From contig NC_086097.1 in assembly GCF_963921235.1 (NCBI RefSeq), forward strand, positions 134,914,001 through 134,978,000: a DNA stretch of 64,000 bases, written 5' to 3'. This document shows, piece by piece, positions 13,325-24,184 of this stretch. Origin of the DNA: Mobula hypostoma (taxonomy: Eukaryota). Below the pieces are notes generated by a model, which saw nothing but the letters and a program-made list of their open reading frames with translations, ran no database searches and was not told the origin of the DNA. How positions within the stretch are numbered: position 1 is the stretch's first letter; each line of letters starts with the position of its first letter. The translations under genes and the position numbers were made by a program.

Positions 13325-15060
13325 CATAGAAACATAGAAACATAGAAAATAGGTGCAGGAGTAGGCCATTCGGCCCCTCGAGCCTGCACCGCCATTTATT
13401 ATGATCATGGCTGATCATCCAACTCAGAACCCAGCCTTCCCTCCATACCCCCTGACCCCTGTAGCCACAAGGGCCATATCTAACTCCCTCTTAAACATAG
13501 CCAATGAACTGGCCTCAACAGTTTGCTGTGGCAGAGAATTCCACAGATTCACCACTCTCTGTGTGAAGAAGTTTTTCCTAATCTCGGTCCTAAAAGGCTT
13601 CCCCTCTATCCTCAAACTGTGACCCCTCGTTCTGGACCTCCCCAACATCGGGAACAATCTTCCCGCATCTAGCCTGTCCAATCCCTTTAGGATCTTATAC
13701 GTTTCAATCAGATCCCCCCTCAATCTTCTAAATTCCAACGAGTACAAGCCCAGTTCATCCAGTCTTTCTTCATATGAAAGACCTGCCATCCCAGGAATCA
13801 ATCTGGTGAACCTTCTTTGTACTCCCTCTATGGCAAAGATGGCTTTCCTCAGATTAGGAGACCAAAACTGCACACAATACTCCAGGTGTGGTCTCACCAA
13901 GGCCTTGTACAACTGCAGTAGTACCTCCCTGCTCCTGTACTCGAATCCTCTCGCTATAAATGCCAGCATACCGTTCGCCTTTTTCACCGCCTGCTGTACC
14001 TGCATGCCCACTTTCAATGACTGGTGTATAATGACACCCAGGTCTCGTTGCACCTCCCCTTTTCCTAATCGGCCACCATTCAGATAATAATCTGTTTTCC
14101 TATTTTTGCCACCAAAGTGGATAACTTCACATTTATCCACATTAAATTGCATCTGCCATGAGTTTGCCCACTCACCCAACCTATCCAAGTCACCCTGCAT
14201 CCTCCTCACTGCTAACACTGCCACCCAGCTTCGTGTCATCCGCAAACTTGGAGATGCTGCATTTAATTCCCTCATCCAAGTCATTAATATATATTGTAAA
14301 CAACTGGGGTCCCAGCACTGAGCCTTGCGGTACCCCACTAGTCACCGCCTGCCATTCTGAAAAGGTCCCGTTTATTCCCACTCTTTGCTTCCTGTCTGCT
14401 AACCAATTCTCCACCCACACCAATACCTTACCCCCAATACCGTGTGCTTTAAGTTTGCACACTAATCTCCTGTGTGGGACCTTGTCAAAAGCCTTTTGAA
14501 AATCCAAATATACCACATCCACTGGTTCTCCCCTATCCACTCTACTAGTTACATCCTCAAAAAATTCTATGAGATTCGTCAGACATGATTTTCCTTTCAC
14601 AAATCCATGCTGACTTTGTCCGATGATTTCACCGCTTTCCGAATGTGCTGTTATCACATCCTTGATAACTGACTCCAGCAGTTTCCCCACCACCGACGTT
14701 AGGCTAACTGGCCTATAATTCCCCGGTTTCTCTCTCCCTCCTTTTTTAAAAAGTGGGGTTACATTAGCCACCCTCCAATCCTCAGGAACTAGTCCAGAAT
14801 CTAACGAGTTTTGAAAAATTATCACTAATGCATCCACTATTTCTTGGGCTACTTCCTTAAGCACTCTGGGATGCAGACCATCTGGCCCTGGGGATTTATC
14901 TGCCTTCAATCCCTTCAATTTACCTAACACCACTTCCCTACTAACATGTATTTCACTCAGTTCCTCCATCTCACTGGACCCTCTGTCCCTTACTATTTCT
15001 GGAAGATTATTTATGTCCTCCTTAGTGAAGACAGAACCAAAGTAATTATTCAGTTGGTCT
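13325..15060 (-). mobile_element. Young 5'-truncated CR1 LINE (RT domain and 3' UTR)
   Basis: ORFs 14190-14969 and 13424-14338 ([37 protein letters not shown]) separated by one frameshift. (CATAGAAA)3 tail. Confidence 0.95.
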
Positions 15061-15078
15061 TACATTAGTCAGAATGTA

Positions 15079-15197
15079 AGTCAGAAGTTTGTGGGTTTGA
15101 ACCCCACTCCAGAGACAGGAGTATGTAAAATCCGGCTGCCGCTGCTGAACACTGAAGGGGTACAGCACTGTCACGGGTGCCGTCCTTTGGAAAGATC
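15079..15197 (+). mobile_element. Deu-domain SINE fragment (SacSINE1/AmnSINE-like)
   Basis: AGTCAGAAGTTTGTGGGTTTGAACCCCACTCCAGAGAC...CAGCACTGTC...GGTGCCGTCCTTTGG resembles the tRNA head and Deu domain as I recall them. Not checked against a database. Confidence 0.55.
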
Positions 15198-15219
15198 AGT
15201 TACTTGTCACTATTTCAAG

Positions 15220-15948
15220 TGTAACATGCTGTAGGGTTTCACTGCTGTGTAACGTGCCATAATGTTTCACTGATAATGTAATGGTTTCTCTGCAGCAGCA
15301 ATGTTTGAGTTATGACTGGAGATAATGGGGTTTGGAATACTGTTGTTCTTTCTTGTGAGCTGGAAGAAAGATTTTTGTGGTCTTTTTGGCTGGGGAGAGA
15401 TGAGGAGAGAAGACACGAATGGAGGGAGTTGGTAGACCACTGGACGGGGTGGACTCAGGGCAAGGGTCCGAAGGGCAATGACAATCGGAGGAGGTCGATG
15501 GTGGACGAATAGTCGTACTTGTGAGCTCCAACATTGCTCAACAGACTGTTTAATAAGATTGGGCCCTTTTTTTCACTAACCATATAGTCAAAGTAAGAAT
15601 TATAAAACTTAATTATTTAATCGCAAAAAAAAGGGCCCAATCTTATTAAAAGTCTATTGCACAATGTTGGAGCTCACAAGCACGGCCATTCGTCCACCAT
15701 CGACCTCCTCCGACTGTCTGCCCTTCGGACCCTCGCCCCGAGTCCACCCCTTCCAGCAGTCTACCAACTCTTTCCATTCGTGTCTTCTCTCCCCATCTCT
15801 CCCCAGCCAAAAAGACCACGGAAATCTCTCTTCCAGCTCACAAGAAAGAACAACAGCATTTCTAACCCCATTATCTCTAGTCATAACCCAAACATTGCTG
15901 CTACAGAGAAACCATTACATTATCAGTGAAACCTTACAGCATGTTACA
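15220..15948. mobile_element. Fold-back element: inverted arms of about 325-350 bp, TGT...ACA ends, 4-bp TSD
   Basis: 15220-15572 is the reverse complement of 15625-15948. CAAG lies at 15216-15219 and 15949-15952. Confidence 0.8.
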
Positions 15949-16384
15949 CAAGTCCTTGCAGAAAATACCAGTCTCAGTTTATGCCGTTCTTGCTAAGTTC
16001 CTGAACCGATTTTGGTCACTAAGAGCAGGTGACAAATTCTTTATTACTCGCCGTGTACCATGAACAAGTTGGCAGCATATTTCCAAAGTTACAACAGAAT
16101 CAGGGAGTCATGGAATATGGAAACAAGCCAATCCGCCCATCATTTCCGCACGTCATACATATCAATAGCTCATAGAAAACTGAAAAGTATCGAACAGGAA
16201 ATGACCCTCTGGACAATGTGTTGTGCCAAGTTCATTAAAATAGTAATTGAATGCCTAACTGAACTAATCTCTTCTGCCTACACAAAGCCCATATCCCTCC
16301 ATTCCCTGCACATCCATGTGGTATCTCATTGGGCCTATCCGACACTTGTGTTTTCTTTTTAGTTTCTACACATTCCCATCTGCA

Positions 16385-16598
16385 CTCCCAACCCCCCAGA
16401 TATTCAACCATCCATCCATACGCTAGGGGCAATTTAAAGCCGTCAATCAACCTACCAACTCGCACATCTTTGGGAAACTGCAACACCCAGGGGCAACTCA
16501 TATGGTCACAGGGGGATTGTGCAAACTCCACACAAGGCCAGGATTAAGCCCACATCTCTGGAGCTGTGGGGCTGTGGCGCCATTGGCTGCACCCCTGT
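16385..16598 (-). mobile_element. V-SINE (HE1-like) copy
   Basis: Minus strand TGTGTGGAGTTTGCACAATCCCCCTGTGACC... matches the V-domain. Related copies near 17640-17820 (-), 19675-19985 (+) and 32490-32600 (+). Confidence 0.65.
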
Positions 16599-17240
16599 AC
16601 GATCAAATTATTTCACTGGTGTTAAATCTCCCTAGGCCTCAGTGAGGTACTGATCAGATGCTATAAAAATAATTGCTTGCTTCACTTCTCCCCCTGTGGT
16701 GGTAATCGAACAAGAGAAGACGGCACAGCTCCCAGCTTGCAATGGGCAGTGAATCAGATTGCTATGAAGACGATGGGTGGCACCTTCTCATGGGTGGGGG
16801 TAGATCCAGCTAACACACCTTCCAGAGGAAACAACCAGCCATTTAGGGCCATTGCCTTTACCGCCTCTGCAATTGTCAATCATTAATCCCAGTCCTTTTC
16901 TGGCCTCTACGAATTTACCCTCCAACATTGATCCAATGATCCTTGAGGAACAGAACCACACCACATTTTCTCTCTAGACACATTGACACCTTCCATTTCA
17001 GGTAACCACCACTTTATACCACTGTACATTTCTGCTTCCTTTGTTGAAGCTGTCTGCTGAAATGCTTACTGCCTTCAGAATGTTGATCAAAGGATCATCA
17101 CCTTGGCTGCCTCTTCCTGGGAACAATCTCCTTGGAGACCAGATTAGACCAGGAGGTACATAAAGCGATCCGATGGGCTCAAACAAATGGATCTAACACA
17201 GATTTAACGCTTGCATTCCCCCCCACCTCTTTTTCTGTAG

Positions 17241-17411
17241 GATCTTGAGAAAGTGCTTCAAGGAGAACTCAGTGGATGCTTAGAAAAGACACTACTGGCC
17301 ATGTTAGATTGGCCTTGCCACTTCGATGCCAAGCTGCTGAACAAAGCAATGAAAGGAGCTGGAACAGATGAAGACATCCTCATCGAGCTTCTCTGCACAA
17401 GAGCTAACTCA
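17241..17411 (+). CDS. ANXA13: Annexin A13 coding exon, 171 bp (DLEKVLQGELSG...AMKGAGTDEDILIELLCTRANS)
   Basis: ttctgtAG / GTacgt boundaries. Phase 0/0. Annexin repeat I end and repeat II start. Confidence 0.95.
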
Positions 17412-17934
17412 GTACGTTTAATCCTGAACCACATTATTTGGAGAATTAACATATTCTGACTTAATTCACTAAAAAGTGTTGTTGAAGTGTAAAGGAGATA
17501 AAGAAAGATAAAAGCTCACTTTATATGTCACAAATACATAACACAAATAATGAAATGAGTCAGTTACGTCAAATCAAATCAGCGATGTTTGTGCTGGGCA
17601 GCCCTGCAAGGGTTAGCACACTTTGGCACCAACACAGCTTGCTCACCAACTATGACCGTACATCTTTGGAATGTGGGAGGAAACAGGGGCGCCTGGTGGA
17701 AACCCACACGGTCACAGGGAGAAGGTACAAGCACCTTACAGACAGCGCTGGGAATTGCACCCCAATCTCACAGCTGGTGCCCTAATAGCGTTTCGCCAGC
17801 CGCTAAGCTACCGTGCAGCCCACTTGATTCGATTCTCCAACTTCAAAGAGCTGAAGGATTGAATCACGTGACACTGAAGAAGCCAGTTCAGCCCATCCAG
17901 CCTGTGCTGTCTCTTTAAATTGATGTGCTGACAT

Positions 17935-18742
17935 AGGAGAGGGTTCAGAAGACGTTCACGAGAATGATTTGGGGAACGAAAGAGTTACCGTATGAGGAGT
18001 GTTTGATGGCCCTGGGCCCGTATTCACTGGAATTAAGATGGGGGGGTGGGGGGGAATCTCAGTGCAATTTTTGTTGGACTGCAGATCATGGTCTCTCTTT
18101 GGGGTCTTTGCTATTGCTTGCTTGGTGGGTGGTCGTGGTGACGCTTCCTGCTGAAGTAAGTGGAGGACGGGGAGGGGCCAGGGTTGATGCTTTGCTGCTG
18201 CTTGTGAGTGTGGGAGGGGGGAGAGTGGACATTGGCATTCTAACGTTTTCCTGTCCTTCATTCTTTGGGCTTCTCTTCTGTTTTCGTGGATGTCTGCGAA
18301 GAGTAAGAATTTCAGGTTGTATACTGTACACATTCTTAGATATTAAATGGAACCATTGGACTATTGAACCTATCAAATGCTGATAGGCCAAGATGGTGTG
18401 GATGTGGAAAGGATGTTTCCTATAGTGGGGGAGTCAGACCAGATGGCACAGCCTCAGTGTAGAGGAACGTCCATTTAGAACGGAGATGAGGAGGAATTTC
18501 TTTAGCCAGAGGGTAGTGAATCTGTGGAATTTGTTGCCACAGGTGGCTGTGGAGGCCAAGTCATTGAGTGTACTTAAGGCGGAGATTGATAGGTTCTTGA
18601 TTAGTCAGGGCATGAAAGGTTACAGGGCAGAGGCTGGAGAATGGCGTTGAGAGGGAAAATGGATAAGCCACAACGAAATGGCTGAGCACATTTGATTGGC
18701 TGAATGGCTTAATTCTGCTCTTATCCCTTATGGTCTTACGGT
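17935..18742 (+). mobile_element. CR1 3' fragment interrupted by a non-coding repeat (about 18068-18368)
   Basis: RVQKTFTRMI and RNFFSQRVVNLWN motifs. The insert resembles the minus-strand repeat at 56765-56990. Confidence 0.7.
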
Positions 18743-18797
18743 TTAATACTTCTGATGAGCATATGTAGCTATTTACTCATTATAATTTGTTTTTCAG

Positions 18798-18831
18798 CAA
18801 ATCATTGCCACAAAAGAAGCATACAAACAAA
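18798..18831 (+). CDS. ANXA13: Annexin A13 34-bp micro-exon (QIIATKEAYKQ)
   Basis: tttttcAG / GTaagt boundaries. Aligns to human EIIAIKEAYQR. Needed to keep frame between the 171-bp and 80-bp exons. Absent from the ORF track. Confidence 0.92.
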
Positions 18832-20599
18832 GTAAGTACTTTTTAACAATAACTAAGTCAATTAATACTCAATCAATTAGAATAATTACTTATTACTGAA
18901 TTTATAATCATAAGAACACAAGGCTGCACAAGGTTGTGGCTAATCTTCTACCTCAGTACCACTTTGCTGTTGTATCCCTGAATCTCTTGAGTCTTTTGTA
19001 ATCAGTTTCTATTTGAATGAACTCAGTGACTGAGTGAAGAAAATTCTCCTCATCCCATTCCAAACCAGACTACTCTTTACTCTGTGCGTGACTGACCCCG
19101 GTTCTAGGCTCCTCGCTGAGGCGAAGCACACTCCCTTCATCCAGCCTGTCGTGTGCTGTAAGAATTTTCAATGAAACCTCGAGAGTAAAGTTTTTCAAGT
19201 TTTGTTCACTTTCCCTCTCATGATTCGCAGAGAAAGATGGAGACAGGTATTTGCAATATGGAGAATCAAGGGAGTTGGGGATCAGACAGAAAAGTGGAGC
19301 TGAGATCAGAGTCAGATAGACATGGCATTACTAAATAGCAGAGTTGGCTTGCATGTCCAATGACAAACTCTGTCTCCTGTTTCCTGTTCTGTGTTGTTTT
19401 CAGAAAGTGGTCTTTTCATTTTCACTTTATTTTCTGATTGCTGATGTATTTCTTGTCACATTATTCCAACTCCAATACTGTACAGGTGTAGCTGTGTCAG
19501 GGTTGGCCACAGCTTCCGGTGCAGACAGCTCCCTATCTCTTTCAGACTGCTCTTCCACTCAACAAAGGCAGACAAATTCCAGATGCTCTAAAGCTCACAT
19601 TATAATTTCCAGAAGCATCCAATTTATCCTCTCATATCCCGCTCTATAAGAATTTGCTACATCATCATTTCTTGAGATCGCCATCCCGACTTGACCTCCA
19701 GAGAGTCCACATGTTCCTGTTGATGGTGCACGGTGTGTACGTTGAAGGTTCTCCCCGTGATCGTGTTGGACTCCCCCGGAGGCTCTGCGTTCCTCCCTCA
19801 TCCCGAAGACGTGAGGGTTGGTGGGCTCCTTGGCTCCTCCAAATTACCCCTGGTGTGTATGTGAGTGTAAAATCTGCGGGGAGGGGTTCGATGGGAATGT
19901 GGAGAGAATTAAAATGGGATGACTGTGTGATTAGTGACTGATGGCCGACACAGACTTGCGGGGCCGACGGGTATGACCCCATGACACAGTAAATGTAATA
20001 ACCCAGTAAAACTTTCTTCTCCGGCCTTTCCAGAGAAAACATCTCCACCTCCTAAAACTTCTGCGATCTCCCTAATACTGTGTTTGGGAGCCATTTCAGG
20101 TGATGGAGTACAACGTAGAGCTCTGGGAAACTGGGGGGAATTTGCCTCAATTGTCTCGTATCTCACTGCATCATTCGCAGTGCAGAGCTTACTAACATTG
20201 CTGAAGAAGTAACACAAACGTGTCGCTGTTTTATTGCGAATGTATAGTACAGAGTCTCATGTCCCAGCGCTGGGAATGGTTGGTGCTTGCAGTTCTTCAA
20301 CAGACCTGCAGGTGGAGAACATTGTTCGTGGTTCGCACACTAACCCAAAAACCAGGAAGTGTCGCGCAGAGCTTTTACAGAATCGGCCAGGGCTTAATAC
20401 GTATTCAGAAAGTGACTTTAAAACTTATCTGTCTCTCTGACTAAACTTTTCATTGCTAATAGCTTCTTAAAGTGGTTTGATGTCAACATGATATCCCATA
20501 AGAGCCAAAAGACAAGTTACGACATGAGAAGTATCATATGCATGCTAATTGTGTGTGCTTGTGCATTTTATATGTATGTGAAAGTGCTTGTGTGCCTTT

Positions 20600-20624
20600 G
20601 TGTGTGTATGTGTGTGTAGTAAAG

Positions 20625-20655
<31 letters not shown>
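20600..20655. repeat. Interrupted (TG)n microsatellite
   Basis: Visible TG run. Confidence 0.9.
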
Positions 20656-20657
<2 letters not shown>

Positions 20658-20881
20658 TAAAGCATGTCTCTGTGTGTCTCATAATCATAGTATCATACAA
20701 TGTTGAAACAGGCCATTTGGCCCAACTCATTTTCAATGACCAGTCAGCATCTTCCTATATTAATCCCATCTTCCAATCTATCTTAGCATTTCATGTCTAG
20801 CAATGTAAATTTTCTTCCAGACACTTCTCAAATACTGCCAGCAGCCCAGCCTCAAACTGGGTAGACCCAAATGCACCCAAA

Positions 20882-22688
20882 AGCAAGGGTGGACCCAAAT
20901 GCAAGACACATCTTGTGAGGTTACTTAGATTTAGTTTATTGTTCGATAATAAGGAGAAGGAGTAGTGAACTGGACAAGGACTGAGGACCACGACCAGGCT
21001 GGGACCAAGGGTCAGGGCTAGGACTCGGAATCGGCTCCCAGAACTAGAGGAGACATGAAGAGGCTAAGGTATGGACTCCGAGCCCGAGACTGGGCAAGGA
21101 CCCAGTACCTGGGTCTTGCCTCGGGCTCGGACCCCAGAACCAGGCATGCATATGACATGGGCTAGGGAGAGGAGGAACATGGAAACACAGAGCCTCAGTC
21201 TCAGGAGAGCAGGTACATGGAACCATGGACACATACACAGAACACAGAGTCAGGACCCCTCCTTGGGTACAGGACATAGGGCCGGGACTCATGACCCTCC
21301 GCGGGGCAACGGCAAGACGGCCAGACTTACCCCATGGAGGCGAGGACAAGACAAGACAAGACCAACACGAATGAACACCAGACAGTACCTGTCTAGCTCT
21401 GGTGATGGAACTAGACCGAAGTGCAGGCGGGGGGGCTGCAGACGAGAGCTAGAGGCGAGAGGGGCAGAGAAGGGATTCAGACAGGAATCACTGATCGCCA
21501 GGGCCAGGACTAGACTCAGAACTGGGAAGCCGCCAGGGCCAGGACTTGGATGCGGTACTTGAACGCCACCAGGGCCAGAACTTGGACGTGGTACTTGGAA
21601 CCTCCAGGTAGTGCCGAGCTCTCGACTCGGCCCAGGAACAGTAGACAGCAGCTCTTGATTCTCTCCGGCGGGTTAACTGACGGACCCACCTCGATGAGGA
21701 AACTTTGCAGGCTCGCTTCGGCAAGGTAACTGGACAGGGTGGCTCCGGCAGCATCCAAGTACCACATCTACGTCCTGGCTCTGGCGGCGTCCAAGTACCA
21801 CGTCCACGTCCTGGCTCCGGCGGCGTCCAAGTACCACATCCACGTCCTGGCTCCGGCAGCGTTCAAGTACCATGTCAAGTCCTGTCCTGGCGGCGTCCAA
21901 GTACCACGTCAAGTCCTGGCCCTGGCGGCTTCCCAGTTCTGAGTCAAGTCCTGGCCCTGGTGGTCTGTGATTCCTGTCCTACCCCCTTGTCTGAATCCCT
22001 TCTCTGCCCCTCTCGCCTCTAGCCCTCGTCTGCAGCTCCCGGCTGCACTTCGGTCTAGTCCCATCACCGGAGGTAGATAGGTACTGTCTAGTGTTCATTC
22101 ATGTTGGTCTTGTCTTGTCTTGTCCTCGCCTCCGTGGAGTAAGTCAGGCCGTCTTGCCGTCGCCCCGCGGGGGGTCATGTCTTGTGTCTTGTCCTCGCCT
22201 CTGTGGGGTAAGTCAGGCCATCTTGCTGTTGCCTCGCAGAGGGTCATGAGTCCCGGCCCTATGTCCTGTACCCAAGGAGGGGTCCCGGCTCTCTGTTCTG
22301 TGTATGTGTCCAAGGTTTCATGTACCTGCTCTCCCAAGACCGAGGCTCTGTTTTCCATGTTCTTCCTCTCCCTAGCCCATGTCATGTCCATGCCTGGTTC
22401 TGGGGTCTGAGCCCAAGGCAAGATCCAGGTACTGGGTCCTTGCCCAGTCTCGGGCTCGGAGTCCATACCTTAGCCTCTTCATGTCTCCTCTAGTTCTGGG
22501 AGCTGATTCCGAGTCCTAGCCCAGACCCTTGGTCCCAGCCTGGTCGTAGTCCTCAGTCCTTGTCCAGTTCACTACTCCTGCTCCTGCCTAGCTCTCCTGA
22601 TATCAAACAATAAACTAAATTTAATTAACCTCACAAGATGTGTCTTGCATTTGGGTCCACCCTTGCTCCCAATGCCCCCACTGTGACA
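20882..22688. repeat. 1.8-kb palindrome of LTR-like sequence with central 36-bp tandem repeats
   Basis: About 20882-21600 is the reverse complement of about 21870-22667. The right arm ends AATAAA...TGCATTTGGGTCC...TGTGACA. About five copies of GGCTCCGGCGGCGTCCAAGTACCACGTCCACGTCCT at 21741-21917. Confidence 0.85.
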
Positions 22689-23049
22689 CAACCATTCTCT
22701 CAGGCAGTGTATTCCAGCTGCACACTACTCTCTGCAAGAGGAAGACCCCCTCAGGTCCTCTCTAATCCCTTCCTCATTACTCTAGCTCTACATCTTCTAG
22801 TTTTATCTACCCCTGACATGTGAAACCTTTACTGCAGCCTACCCTCATAACTTTATATAGTTCAATTATGCCCCTCTTAATCTCCTCCACTCAAGGGAGA
22901 ACCAGTTTAGCCTTTCCAGCCTCTCCTCATAATGAATCTTCTCCATCCCAGGATGTGTGTATTGAATGTGTTTTTATGTGTGTGCTTTTGAGTAAGCAGA
23001 TGTGTATACATTTTATATATGTGTGTGTGTCTATGTAGGTGTGCTTTAA

Positions 23050-23231
23050 GGTTGCTACATATTGCTTTGGTTTACTCTCCTGGCATTACACAAGTCCCTA
23101 TGTACAAGATCTTTCTCTCCTACACACGTTCAAGCAGATGTGCGTGTTTCTGTGTGAGAGAGGAATAAAAAGGGTTTGACCGAGATACATGTGTGATGCC
23201 AGGAGAGTAACCTAAAGCAATATACAGCACC
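23050..23231. repeat. Imperfect hairpin or MITE-like inverted repeat
   Basis: ATATTGCTTTGGTTTACTCTCCTGGCATTACACA pairs with TGTGTGATGCCAGGAGAGTAACCTAAAGCAATAT. Confidence 0.7.
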
Positions 23232-23445
23232 CTCAACACAGCAGAATATCACTAGGACACTTACCTGGAAATGATTGAATAAAGATCTATGCTAAGTTTC
23301 AAAAGGAGATCTGAGAACTAAAGCACATGGTCATACAGAAAGGTTTTAAGGAGGAATTGAAAGGAAGAGAAATAGACAGAGAGACAAGAGGGTGTAAGGG
23401 GGGAGTTCCAGAGCTTAATGACTTGGCATCTGAAGGCACCCAGAC

Positions 23446-23693
23446 TGTTATATATTTAATATTTAACTAATGTTTGAGTAATCTTGTGTGTGTGTGTATA
23501 TATATAGGTTGGTTAAACATTCTAGTTCATTTAAATAATTAATTACAAGTTATTTGTATAAATACACGAATTGCATACGTCATCACACTGCAACGTGATG
23601 CATGTGCACCTCACTTAAAGTAAACTCAAAGTTAGACCCACATTTCGGACTCCTGAGTCTTCCTTCGAATTTTTGAAGTTACAAAACGTAACA
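23446..23693 (+). mobile_element. Solo LTR related to the Gypsy LTR at 6883
   Basis: Starts TGTTATATATTTAATATT and ends GTTACAAAACGTAACA. Shares TTTGAGTAAT and CACCTCACT blocks with the 6883 LTR. Flanks CAGAC/GTGAC are at best a decayed TSD. Confidence 0.75.
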
Positions 23694-24104
23694 GTGACCA
23701 ATCTTGGAATGATCAAAATTGAAGAGGCAAGAAGCCTGGTTTAAAAACAAAGAGATCTGTGAGAGGGTTGTGGAGCTGGAAGAGATTACAGAGAAAGGGG
23801 GATTGAAGTGGACTTGTTGCTTAGCCAGAAGACACAAAATATTGTTCAGATCTACAAGAAATTATTTCCAGTGGTTTCTGCTTTGACATGAACCTGGGCG
23901 ATTACCTCTCTCCATTACTCTGTGGGAAAACAATCTTGGTCTGGTATTGTTGATACCAGGGAATGCTGGATGCAGTCCACACGTGCATGGACAGTAAAAG
24001 CAAACATAATCCTGATCACCATTTCTCCCTCTCACTCTGTATCCATTGTATCAGATTTAGACTCAATGTACATGATCAGTGTCATTCCCCCTGTTCTGCT
24101 GCAG

Positions 24105-24184
24105 TGTTCCCATGTGATCTGGAAACTGATGTTCAAGGTGACACCAGAGGAACTCTACAGAAACTGCTGCTCTCATTGCTCGAG
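24105..24184 (+). CDS. ANXA13: Annexin A13 coding exon, 80 bp (MFPCDLETDVQGDTRGTLQKLLLSLLE)
   Basis: ctgcAG / GTaaga boundaries. Phase 1/0, completing the codon begun by the 34-bp exon. Confidence 0.93.

Noticed and set aside
21741..21917. 36-bp repeats as a CRISPR array or a repeat protein (HVLAPAASKYHV)
   Set aside because: The units are head-to-tail with no spacers, there are no cas genes, and the context is a vertebrate intron. The ORFs arise from a GC-rich unit whose length is a multiple of three.
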